NCBI GenBank assembly: GCA_051313645.2
Contig: JBNRSN020000003.1
Span: forward strand, 195,052,001 to 195,116,000
DNA from: Centroscyllium fabricii
Lineage: Eukaryota
Length of the DNA: 64,000 bases
Reading direction: 5' to 3'
Below, piece by piece: positions 50,252 through 61,059 of the stretch (positions within the stretch are counted from its first letter, which is position 1; each line of letters begins with the position of its first letter). The notes under the pieces were generated by a model that worked only from the letters and a program-made list of their open reading frames with translations, made no database searches and was not told the DNA's origin. Position numbers and translations under genes: made by a program.

Positions 50252-53127
50252 TGATGCGCTATCAATCACTCCAAAAGACTAGAAGTTATCCAAGTAACAA
50301 ATAGGCTTTTAATCACTAAAGAATGAGAGCGTGCCTCTGCTGATCAACTGGTCCAGGACTGAAGGGGGGTTGGGAAACAGTCACCTTTATACCTGGGTCT
50401 GAAGGAGGAGCCACAGGCAGAGTCAGCAGGGGCATGTCCAGCTAGGTTACATACAGCAGGTAAGAGTGAACTATAATACAACAACTGTGGTTTACCACAT
50501 TCACCCATTGTTTAAAATGAGTACTCCAGGGTGAAGTGGATTAACATCTATTATAAATTAAGTCTTTCGGGGGGTCTGGTCCGCCGCTGCGACCGTCGTA
50601 GTACTGGCCGCGGTTCCAATGTTGAATCCTGGGCAGTCTGGAGCACCGGAGTGTTGTCCTCAGCTGCGTCGAGTTGGCGGGTGCTTATCGACGGATCCTG
50701 GGGCCTTGGCGTGCCGTTTACAGGGGCTAGAAGAACATGCCTTGACACTGGTGCCTCGTGGGTAGCGGTGGGGGGTGAAGGTGAGGGGTGGTGGGTGACG
50801 GTGGTCTCAAGGGCTCCTGAGGTTGCTAGACCTCTGATGGAGACCGTGTCCACCCACCCGTCAGGGTACGCAACATAGGCGGATTTGGGTTTCGCGTGGA
50901 GCAGTTGGACCCTTTTGACCAGGGGATCCGACTTATGGCTCCTCACATGCTTCCGGGGTAGGACAGGTCCTGGGGATGTCAGCCACATTGGTAGCGAGGT
51001 CCCTGAGGTGGACTTCCTAGGGAAGAGAAACATTTTTTCTTGAGGAGTAGCATTGGTGGCGGTACAGAGTAGGGATCTGATTGAGTGGAGCGCATCAGGG
51101 AGGACTTCTTGCCAGCGGGAGACTGGAAGGCCTCTAGACTTCAGGGCTAGCAGGGCAGCCTTCCAGACTTTTGGTTTCTCCCTCTCCACCTGTCCGTTCC
51201 CCCGGGGGTTGTAGCTGGTAGTCCTGCTCGTGGCGACTCTTCTTGCGAGCAGGTACTAGCGCAGCTCGTCACTAATAAACGAGGAACCCCGGTCGCTATA
51301 GATATAGCTGGGGAACCCGAACAGGGCGAAGAGATGGTGCAGACACTTGATGGCCGTGGCAGAGGTCATGTCCGGGCAGGGGATGGCAAAAGGGAAACGT
51401 GAGTACTCCTCAATGATATTGAGGAAGTACACGTTGCGTTCAGAGGGGGGGAGAGGCCCTTTAAAATCAACGCTTAGGCGCTCGAACGGGCGGGTGGCCT
51501 TTATCAGGTGTGCTCTGTCTGGCCTATGAAAGTGCGTTTTGCACTCGGCACAGACTTGGCAGTTCCTGGTCATGGTCCTGACCTCCGCGATGGAGTAAGG
51601 TAGGTTGCGGGCCTTGATGAAGTGGAAGAACCTGGTGACCCCGGGTGGCAGAGGTCATTGTAGAGCATCTGCAGCCGATCCACCTGTGCGCTGGCACATG
51701 TCCCGCGGGATAGAGCATCTGGGGGCTCATTGAGCTTCCCGGGCTGGTACAAGATATCATAATTATAGATGGAGAGTTCGATTCTCCACCACAATATCTT
51801 GTTATTTTTGATTTTGCCCCGCTGCTTGTTATTAAACATAAAAGCAACTGAACGTTGGTCAGTAAGCAGGGTAAATCGTTTACCGGCCAGGTAATGCCTC
51901 CAGTGCCGCACAGCTTCCACAATGGCCTGGGCCTCCTTTTCGACAGAGCAGTGTCGCATTTTGGGGCCCTGGAGGGTTCGTGAGAAGAAGGCCACGGGTC
52001 TGCCCGCCTGATTAAGGGTAGCGGCCAGGGCAAAGTCGGACGCATCGCTCTCCACCTGAAATGGGGCGGATTCGTCCACAGCGTGCATCGCGGCCTTCGC
52101 AATGTCTTCCTTAATACTGCTGAAGGCTAGGCGGGCTTCTTCCGTCAGGGGAAAAGAGCTGGATTTGATGAGTGGACGGGCTTTGTCCGCATAATTGGGG
52201 ACCCACTGGGTGTAATATGAAAAGCAGCCCAGGCATCTCTTCAGGGCCTTGTGGCAGTGGGGCAGGGGGAGTACTAGGAGGGGGCGCATGCGGTCGAAGT
52301 CGGGACCGATGACCCCATTCTCCACAACACAGCCGAGGATGGCGAGGTGGGTTGTGCGAAATATGCATTTCTGCTTGTTGTAAATCAGGTTTAGGCGTTG
52401 GGCGGTGCAGAGAAATTTCTGGAGATTGGCGTCATGGTCCTGCTAGTCATGGCCGCAGATGGTGACATTATCCAGGTACGGGAATGTGGCCTGCAGCCCG
52501 TTCTGGCCAACCATCTCCTGTTGGAAGACTGAGACCCCATTGGTGATGCCGAAGGGGACCCTAAGGAAGTGATAGAGGCAACCATCCACCTCAAAGGCAG
52601 TGTACTGGCGGTCCTGCGGGCGGATAGGGAGTTGGTGGTACGCCGACTTGAGGTCGATGGTGGAGAATACCCGGTACTGTGCAATCTGATTGACCATGTC
52701 AGATATGCGGGGAAGCGGGTATGCATCCAGCTGCGTGTACCTGTTGATGGTCTGGCTATAGTCAATGACCAGGCGGTGTTTATCACTGGTCTTGACGACC
52801 ATCACTTGGGCTCTACAGGGGCTGGTGCTAGCCTCGATAATCCCCTCCTTCAGGAGCTGTTGCACCTCTGATTTGATAAACATTCTGTCCCCAGTACTTT
52901 ATCGCTTACTCTTGGTAGCGACGGGCTTACAGTCTGGGGTAAGGTTAGCAAACAGCGGAGAGGGGTGACTTTAAGAGTCGAGAGGTTGCAGATGTTGCGC
53001 GGTGGGTGATTTAAAGGCTGCTGGCTGTAGGCAGCGGGAGGGGGGTATGGTGCGCGGTGGGCAATTTAAAAACTGCTGGCTGCGGACAGTGAGAGGGGGA
53101 AGCGGCCCATTGTACGCCATTGTGACA

Positions 53128-53259
53128 TAGAAACATAGAAACATAGAAACATAGAAAATAGATGCAGGAGTAGACCATTCGGTCCGTCGAGCCATGGCTG
53201 AACACAAGAGCACAAGAACACAAGAACACAAGAACACAAGAACCCAAGAAATAGGAGCA
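53128..53259 (-). mobile_element. Two stacked, extremely truncated CR1/SINE 3' tails
   Basis: (CATAGAAA)n then (CACAAGAA)n, each with a few bases of the CR1 terminal hairpin; flanked by GTGACA duplication. Confidence 0.8.
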
Positions 53260-53531
53260 GTGACACTTTTAAGGTGGCATTGGAAGTCTAGCCCCAGTAG
53301 CACCGCAGCGCAGAGCTGTGGTAGGATGAAGAGCTTGAAATCCTTGTACTCCGTGCCCTTCACAGTCAGGGTCACTACGCAGTAGCCGCCGACGTCCGCT
53401 GTATGGGACTTGGAGGCCATAGAAATCTTTTGGCTTGCTGGCATTACTGGGAGGGAGTAGCGCCGCACCGTGTCGGGGTGGACAAAGCTCTCCGTGCTCC
53501 CGCAGTTTGCATCGCGGCCATTTACCTTAAA

Positions 53532-53928
53532 GGGCGGCACGGTGGCACAGTGGTTAGCACTGTTGTCTCACAGCACTGGAGACCCGGGTTCAAATCCAGC
53601 CTCGGGTACTATCTGTGTGGAGTTTGCACATTCTCCCCGTGTCTGCGTGGGTTTCCTCCGGGTGCTCCGGTTTCCTTCCACAGTCCAAAGATGTGCGGGT
53701 TAGGTTGATTGGCCATAATAAATTGACCCTTAGTGTTAGGGGGTTTGAATATGTGGGATTACGGGGATAGGGTGGGATATGTGTCGATGGAGGCTCGATA
53801 GGGATATGGGGAGAGGGCCGGGGCGGGGTACTGGGTTTGGATGATCAGCCATGATCTCATTGAATGGCGGAGCAGGCTCGAAGGGCCGAATGGCCTACTC
53901 CTGCTCCTAGTTTCTATGTTTCTATGTT
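53532..53928 (+). mobile_element. HE1-type V-SINE
   Basis: tRNA head (TGGCACAGTGG; GGTTCAAATCC), V-domain GGGTTTCCTCCGGGTGCTCCGGTTTCC, CR1-derived tail (TTTCTATG)n. Confidence 0.93.
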
Positions 53929-55011
53929 CATCATGCATCTGGCGAGTTGGTGAGGCCTGGATTGATCCAGGGTGATGGAGGCCAGCGTTGGGTTCGGTGG
54001 GTCGCTATCGTACTCGGTTGAGGCAGTGGGGGAGTCGGGGCCTGGTCCCAAGATGGCGGCCCGCATGGCTCACACACGGCCGGCGGCGTCCAAGATGGCG
54101 GCCCCCACGGTCCAGATGCGGTGCTGCTGGAGTTGGAGGTCAATTTGGTCTTGCACACCTTAGCGTCGTGCCCCTTCTTACCACAACCGGAGCAGATCAC
54201 ATCCTTTGCCAGGCAGTGTTGTCTGGGGTGCTTGGCCTGGCCGCAGAAGTAGCACTTTGGGCCTGTAGTCGAGTCGCTGGTGGGTCGCGGGCCTCTGGAC
54301 ATCGCGGCTGTAGTCGGGTCGCTGGTGGGTCGCGGCGTGGCACAGGCTTGCGGCCCTCCCGAGTCCCAAGATGGTGGCGCCCCCGACATCCATGATGTGG
54401 CCGCGTGGTCAGGGGAGTTGGCGTCCATGTTTCGGTGGGCCACGTCCAGTGAGTCAGCGAGGATCACAGCCTTCTGAAGATCAAGCCCGCTCTGTTCCAA
54501 CAGCCTCTGCCAGGCATAGCTGGACCTGAGGCCGGCGACATAGGCGTCCTGGATTATGTCCTCCATGTTTTCTGTGGCCGTCACTGATTTGCACTGGCAG
54601 GCCCGACCGAGGACTCTCAGTGCCCGTAGATATTCGTCGCCCGATTCCCCAGGTCGCTGCTTGCGGGTAGCCAGGAGGTGTCTGGCATAGACCTCATTGA
54701 TCGTTTTAGTGTATTGGCTTTTCAAGTGTTTGATCGTGTCCGTATAGGATTTAGCGTCTCTAATCATCGAATACACTTGGTGGCTCACCCGTGAGTTGAG
54801 TACAAGCAGCTTGTCGGCATCGGACTTGACTGTAGCGGTGGAGGCCTGCAGGAATGCTTTGAAGCAGCTCAGCCAGTGCTCGAAGTTGTTGGAGCGATCC
54901 GCTGATTGGGGATCCAGTTCTAGCTGTTCAGGCTTCAATATTTGCTCCATTGTAAAAAATTTAGGGAATAAAATTGATGCGCTATCAATAACTCCAAAAG
55001 ACTAGAAGTTA

Positions 55012-56418
55012 AATGATCTTCACCCTTCACCATGGACCTCCAGTCTGTTTTTGAACCTCATGCGTCTTGCTGTAACTCCGCTTGCATCTGTATCATTGCA
55101 TAACTGTGAGGGCTGACCGAAAGTTGCCCAGCCTCCATAAGGTGGCAATGTGGAATGGCCAGTGGGACGGTTCCAGACGTGACAAGTCCAGGAGCTCCCA
55201 TGCCCCTTCGTGTACGCTGCTTAAAAGCTATGAACGCCTTATTAAACTAATTTTCTATCACCCAAGTGACTCCCCTTGTGCCTAATAGTGCTTTATTTCT
55301 CTCTTACATAGAAACATAGAAACATAGAAGATAGGAGCAGGAGTAGGCCATTCGGCCCTTCGAGCCTGCTCTGCCATTCAATGAGATCATGGCTGATCAT
55401 CCAAACCCAGTACCCCGCTCCTGCCCTCTCCCCATATCCCTCGATTCCTATCGAGCCTGCACCGACACATATCCCACCCTATCCCCGCAACACCACACAT
55501 TCAATCCCCCTAACACTAAGGGTCAATTTATCATGGCCAATCAACCTAACCCGCACATCTTTGGACTGTGGGAGGAAACCGGAGCACCCGGAGGAAACCC
55601 ACGCAAACACGGGGAGAATGTGCAGACTCCACACAGATAGTACCCGAGGCTGGATTTTAACCTGGGTCTCTGGTGCTGTAAGGCAACAGTGCTAACCACT
55701 ATGCCACCGTGCCGCCTATGTGAGTTTCTACATGGTCCTGACCCTGTGGTGTCAGCAGATGTGGAGGACCACTGCTCACTTCCCTGCTGCTCATGTGTTG
55801 ACACCTTTGGCGGGCGTGCTCTGGGGCAGCGAGCCTGTGAGGACTCACCACCAGTCTGTTGCTCCTGCGGCTGGGCAGAAGATGAGACTTCCATCTCAGT
55901 TGGGTGGGGACTCCGGCGGGCCTCTGACCGAGGGATCTGCAGTGGCATGGAGGTGGGAGCACATGGAAAGGAGCCTGCACTTCCTGCAAGCGTGCCACCT
56001 ACCTCCCTCTCATGGGAGGGAGGTTTCTTCCTCCCTGAGGAGGGGAAGAGTACCACCCTATGGGCCCTAGCCCCCTCAAGCAAGGAGTCTAATGAAGAGT
56101 CATCAAATTTGGGGGCGGGTCGTCCCCTGCCGCTGCCCAAAGCACCATCTTCCCGCTGTGACATTCTGCTAGGTGTTAGCAGAATGCTGAGGAGTGTGGG
56201 AGGCGAGCTGTGTTCATTAAAAGAAATGGGGCTGCTGATGTCATACTGTGCGACTTTCTGATTGGAAATCCTAGATTGAGAAGGCTTCCCACAGGCGGGG
56301 ATTTAATTGGGCACTTAGCCAAAAATACCGTAGGACAAGCAGACACTTTAGCGGGCAGCCCCAAAACCCGCCATGCCCGAAACCCGGCAATTTCCCACAC
56401 TTCCGGCAAAATCCCCCC
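55012..56418 (-). mobile_element. Harbinger remnant with Myb/SANT N-terminus, interrupted by a SINE
   Basis: APKFDDSSLDSLLEGARAHRVVLFPSSGRK in ORF 55541-56164(-); terminal AAAATCCCCCC at ~56408-56418. Confidence 0.65.
55306..55716 (-). mobile_element. HE1-type V-SINE
   Basis: Close reverse-complement match to 53532-53928. Confidence 0.93.
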
Positions 56419-56769
56419 CTTGGAGTGGGGAAGGTCTGAAAATTTGGCGGTAGAGAACGTCAGGAAATTGGATGGGGTTCGGTGGAGCTCAGGAACTCCG
56501 TAGTGGAGGGGGTGGTCAGGCACTTGGGAGGAGGTCAGGAACTTGGGTGGTGGGTGCAGGGACTTCTTTGGGTGGTGGGAGAAGGTCTTAACCCGTGAGG
56601 ATGAACCCTGGCTGTTCCAAGTGAGCTCTGTTCTGTCTGGAGGAGGCAGTCAGAATGGCTCGAATTACACTTTGCAAATAATTAATTACATAGGCAGGGA
56701 GGATCTAATTACACATTCCAGAGAAACTGCTGGGTGTGTCTTGTCCTCCAAGGGGAGCAATCAAAACTT

Positions 56770-57302
56770 TGGGCCTGGATCTTCTCTCAGGTGCATGGAA
56801 TTGGCGGGTTCCCGGCGTGTCAAGTTTCCCATATGAATCCAAATGGGTCTGAGAGAGCGAGGAAAGTTTGCTCAATTGGCCAATTGATTTCCAACGTGTG
56901 GGAACCCTTGGTAAGTGAGTATTTCCAGTCAGAAAGTCGCACAATATGATGTCATCGTTGCTGGTGCATTTCAGGTCCACAGCAAGCCTTGCTTCTGCTG
57001 CGGACGGCCAACATTTTGCCCTTTCATGCCAGAGGGACCAGGAGGCAGAATGACCATCGAGAGACCTAGTTCTGCTTCTAGGTTTGATGATGTGGCCCCG
57101 CAAGCTTTAGTTGAGGGTGCAAGAGCTCATAAAGAGGTGCTCTTCCCTTCTTCAGGGAGGAAGAAGTCTCCCCAGCAGGCTGTGTGGATCCAGGTGGCAG
57201 AGGAGGGCAACTCATTATCAGTACCCCACAGAACCTGGATTCAGTGCAGGAAGAGATTTCATGACCTTCTGCACACTGGAAAAGTGAGGATGGAATTCTC
57301 AT
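56770..57302 (+). mobile_element. Harbinger remnant encoding a Myb/SANT-like domain, cut by the LTR at 57303
   Basis: SRFDDVAPQALVEGARAHKEVLFP..WIQVAEE..RTWIQCRKRFHDL in ORF 56915-57307. Confidence 0.78.
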
Positions 57303-59003
57303 TGTAAGGGGCGTGCGCCGTATATTTTATTTACGACTTGGGGCCGTTACTGCCTTGCTCTAGCAGTCCGCTAGGCCTCGCGCAATAACCTCCTCCCGCG
57401 TGAGCGGTTCGAATCGCTCACCCTTACGGTTCTAGACGCTGGACTTAGGTGCAGGAAGAGAGAGACGAGATGGATACAGATTGGACTCAGACTTGGACTC
57501 GAATAAAAGTAGCAAAGCTGGATGATTTTATTACAGCAAAAGGATATATATACAGCAGTTAGATCATATTTCATAAAACCAACACAGTATGATACGCAAA
57601 CAGTAGTTTCCCAAATATATAGATATAAACACACACAAGTAACTTATAGGATGGGGAATGCACGGCACATCGTAAATCGGGGCAATGACTCTATAAATTC
57701 GCCCAAATAAGCCACCCTCCCCTCTATTGCCTAGCTATGTCCAGGTGTGTAGGATCGGGGCACATGCTCACCACTCGGTCAAACTCGGGGTCTGCTACGA
57801 AGTCCTTCGTCTCTTCAGCTGCAGCGTCGGTCGTCACGTGGCTGTGGAAGATTCGGGAGCCCACTTGGTTTCTTCTCCCTCTGGGCGGTGGCTGCTTCTG
57901 CTCGGGCTGGTCCCGGACGGGTTCCTCGAGGCTGCTCTACCTCCTCGCACCAACCGCACCGTCTCCCTGGCTGAACCGGACCCTGGGGTATGCCGATCCT
58001 GCCCTCTCAAGCCGAACTGTAACGGGCTGCTAGCCTACTTGCTTTCCCACTCTTCCGACGCCCGCTTATTCGCAGTGTTCAACAAGATGCTTCACTAATG
58101 GGGCCCAACAACCAACTACCTCACCAGCAATGGTCTTCCGATGCGATACAGCCCTGACCCAGCTCGACTGTCCTGCCAGAACCTGCACCCTGCTTGCCCT
58201 GCACCCAGAAAGCTGAACTGGAGTCTTCGAAAAGGAGAGCCCACCCAAAGTTACTGCTAGAGATTCTTCAGAGCCAAACGCTAGCCCTTTCCAAGGGCTA
58301 AAAGTCGAGAGAATAAGAGAGACCTCACCGCTTCAAGAGGGCGCCTCCACGAGTCCTAAGTCATAAGAGAGATTTTCCAAGAGAGCCCTCTCCAGAGAGC
58401 CCACCGAAGAAGAGAGAGTTGAGAAGAGATCGAACTGTAAAATGTCTTGCCAGTTATACTATGAAGCTAATGTCTTTCCAATTATGGCAGGTATTGTCTT
58501 TAAGAAACGGTTACTGCATCCTTTTGTCCAGCCAAACCTGCTGGTAATGCTTTGATGGCGGCCCTAACCTCTCCTGCTTAGAGCTCCATTGTTTTCAAAG
58601 GGTGCTAATCGCTTTAATGCTTGATTGCTGTACAATTTTGTACCTGGCTAAACGGGCCAGTTAATTCATATTTGCAGTTATATTTGGTGCTTATTTAACT
58701 GGGTGCATTTCTTTGTTGGGCTAAGCAATTCTAAGGGGCTGGTTATTTATTTCCAATCGCACACTGGCTTACAGCGCCTCTATGTCTGGGCTTTTTCGCG
58801 GGCTTTCTAGAATTCAGTTTTAGTTTCGTTTTGGCACTGGCCGTTATGTCATGTGGTCCGGTGGCCATTTTGTGAGGCCCCTTTTCTCTGATCAAGCCGC
58901 AGCTCGTCTTTTTCTGCCACTGTTCAATAAAACATGTTTACTCCATCCATCTGTTTCTGGTCTTTGTGAATCCGTTTTAACCTTGGAATATTGCGACCTT
59001 ACA
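57303..59003 (-). repeat. 3' LTR, 1701 bp
   Basis: 7-bp terminal inverted repeats; preceded on minus by a PPT; left end interrupts a Harbinger ORF. The partner LTR is not in the window. Confidence 0.75.
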
Positions 59004-59655
59004 GTCCCTCCTGTTGATTAGCATAACCCCGCTTAGCGAATCAATTAATAAAGGTTGAGCAAGATTCCCGATTCTCCACACCCCAACTCTCCTGATTACC
59101 TAAGTTAACTCTTGCCCCATGACACATGCGGTTCCCATTCTCTTCGGTCAACCTCGCATTGCCTTCACCCTGGGCAACGTATATTTACACAACCATTCCT
59201 TACACCTCCTGGTTCCTTCCACGTCTGCCAGGCCGATGCCTTCATCTCCACCTGTTCATATCGTTTATTATTTGTAAAAAATAAAAATCTTACCATCACT
59301 CAAAAATTCAAAACACACATATCCCCTCATCAATCCCACCATTTGTCCCAAAGTCATTCAAAATGTTCTGGCGGTCTTCCGTAGCCACCACCATCGGCTC
59401 GCTGGGATCTTCCTATCCCTCAACGAAACAAAGTCCTTCTGTCGATGATAGCGCTGGTCCTGGGCGCGACGATCTTGATCCGAGTAACAGCAGGCAAGTC
59501 TCCGACGTGCTGGGATGCTCCATTGAGTCCGTTCCCAGCCGTCCTGGGCATCTGCTCCTTACTCCCCGGTGTGGCCCCGACAGGCCAGTCCATCTCTGAT
59601 GACCGCAAGCGTCATCAGAATCCCCGCATCTCTGGGTTCTGTAACTAAACAAAAG

Positions 59656-60649
59656 TGTCACAGGGGGCCTGTTCCTTTAAATATTAGAAACAGTTTTTAC
59701 TGTGGCTCCACAGCTGTTTTAAGGAATAGGTTCCCTAGTTATGTTATTAACTGTTCAATTATCTATGTATGTGCTAGTTGTGCTCTGCTCTCATCCCCTC
59801 AGGATTATTGGCTATCACCCAATAGGGTACTTGCTGGGTTTAGGATATAATCAGGAGGTTGGCTTGAGAGCAGAGCGGGATCATTTGATGGTAATGCGTC
59901 TTGGGACTGGATATCCATTATTCATTCTACAGGCCACTGGAAGGAGCTGGTTTTCTGCTGTTGTGCTGAGTGGCCGTCAGAGGCAAGGAGGTTGCAGATC
60001 GACTGACTCAGCTTGTACTTGTACTCTGCTATTTCAGGTGCTCAGGCTGGGTTGCCCAACAGGGGCATTGGGGTGGAACTCATTTCCCTCCGCCTTGACA
60101 GTGCGCCCTGCTATTGGGAACTCAGCAATGGACATTCATCTGTTTGGTAAGGGAGTTCCCCTGCCAGTAGACCTGGTGCGCTACTGCCTGATTGCCATGG
60201 GGTTAAGTCCCTGTGACGGAGCAGAAGAAGTAGGTCGGACCCATTTCTACTACTTGGACATTCATTTCTTCATCCGAACTCTGGTTTGGACATTGGTAAC
60301 CTGGAAGCATAAGCTGTTCCCAAATCCTCTACATAGAGGGTGGATTGAGATGTCATGCTCGCTGAGGAGGACTTGCTCGGTTCTCTTTAGGTTGGACAGT
60401 TATGCCTGGACTGGTATTCTTTGGGAGAATGGCGCGCTGGATTGCGTGGCACCCCTCTATTCATTACTCGCTATGTTGGGAAGTCTGTGCCAGTCTGTTT
60501 ATAAGACTTGTGTTAAATATGTGTCCAATATAATTGTATGTTTTTGGTATTCTATAGTGTTTTAGTAATAAAGGAGTTTAGTTTTATAAACGTTTCAGTG
60601 TCTCTGCATATGGGCCCCGCCTTCATTCCACTAACACCCAACCGTTACA
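59656..60649 (+). mobile_element. Solo LTR, Tf1/sushi-type, related to the 30810-33326 LTRs
   Basis: TGTCA..CCGTTACA ends; 5-bp TSD AAAAG; TATAA at 59846; AATAAAGGA near the 3' end; terminal similarity to the 1174-bp LTR. Confidence 0.88.
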
Positions 60650-61059
60650 AAAAGGGGTCGCCGGCCTCCCAAGAGCGCCTGGCTGTGATGAGATGTGCAC
60701 ACCTCCTGGACAGATCCCATATTACCTAAACACTCCCCTTCACCTTTATACTAAACGTCACGCCATTAACAAAATTCAAAACTTAATTCGGGCTATTCCC
60801 TTGACACTACCAAAACTTATTCCTAACTATGTTACAGTGCCGCCTCTCCCGGGCGGCCTACCTATCCCCTGTCAGGGTCGCAGCAGGCCGCTCCCCGTGG
60901 CGGTGCATTGCTGACCCTTCCCTTTGATTCCCCGCAGCCTATCGCTGCTTGTCGGGGGTAGATAATTATCCTTTTGCGGGGGCTTTTTCCCACTGTACTG
61001 TTCCTGTACCTGAGGGCATAGGACGGTTCTGGCCAAGCCTTCCTGGGCTGGAGTGTCCT

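Larger units (their letters stand above)
50551..54950 (-). pseudogene. gag-pol, frameshifted and interrupted by SINE/LINE tails
   Basis: ORFs 53931-54950, 52971-53540, 52443-52883, 51570-52325, 51256-51573, 50551-51189. Confidence 0.9.
50252..55011 (-). mobile_element. Gypsy (Mag-like); 3' LTR 50252-50499, 5' LTR truncated to 54975-55011
   Basis: Gag with two zinc knuckles (CYFCGQAKH, CSGCGKKGH), RT (YLDN), RH (SDAS), IN (SDRG); TGATGCGCTATCAAT.ACTCCAAAAGACTAGAAGTTA at both ends. Confidence 0.93.

Noticed and set aside
49624-50282. Several Arg/Glu/Gly- or Leu/Ser/Pro-rich ORFs
   Set aside because: Translations of a GA-rich minisatellite.
53532-53610. tRNA gene
   Set aside because: tRNA-derived SINE head continuing into a V-domain and LINE tail; the same applies to 55640-55716 and the decayed heads near 33510-33710.
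59741-60565. 274-aa hydrophobic ORF as an env or host gene
   Set aside because: It lies wholly within a TSD-flanked solo LTR, is antisense to the host element, and shows no fusion-protein motifs.
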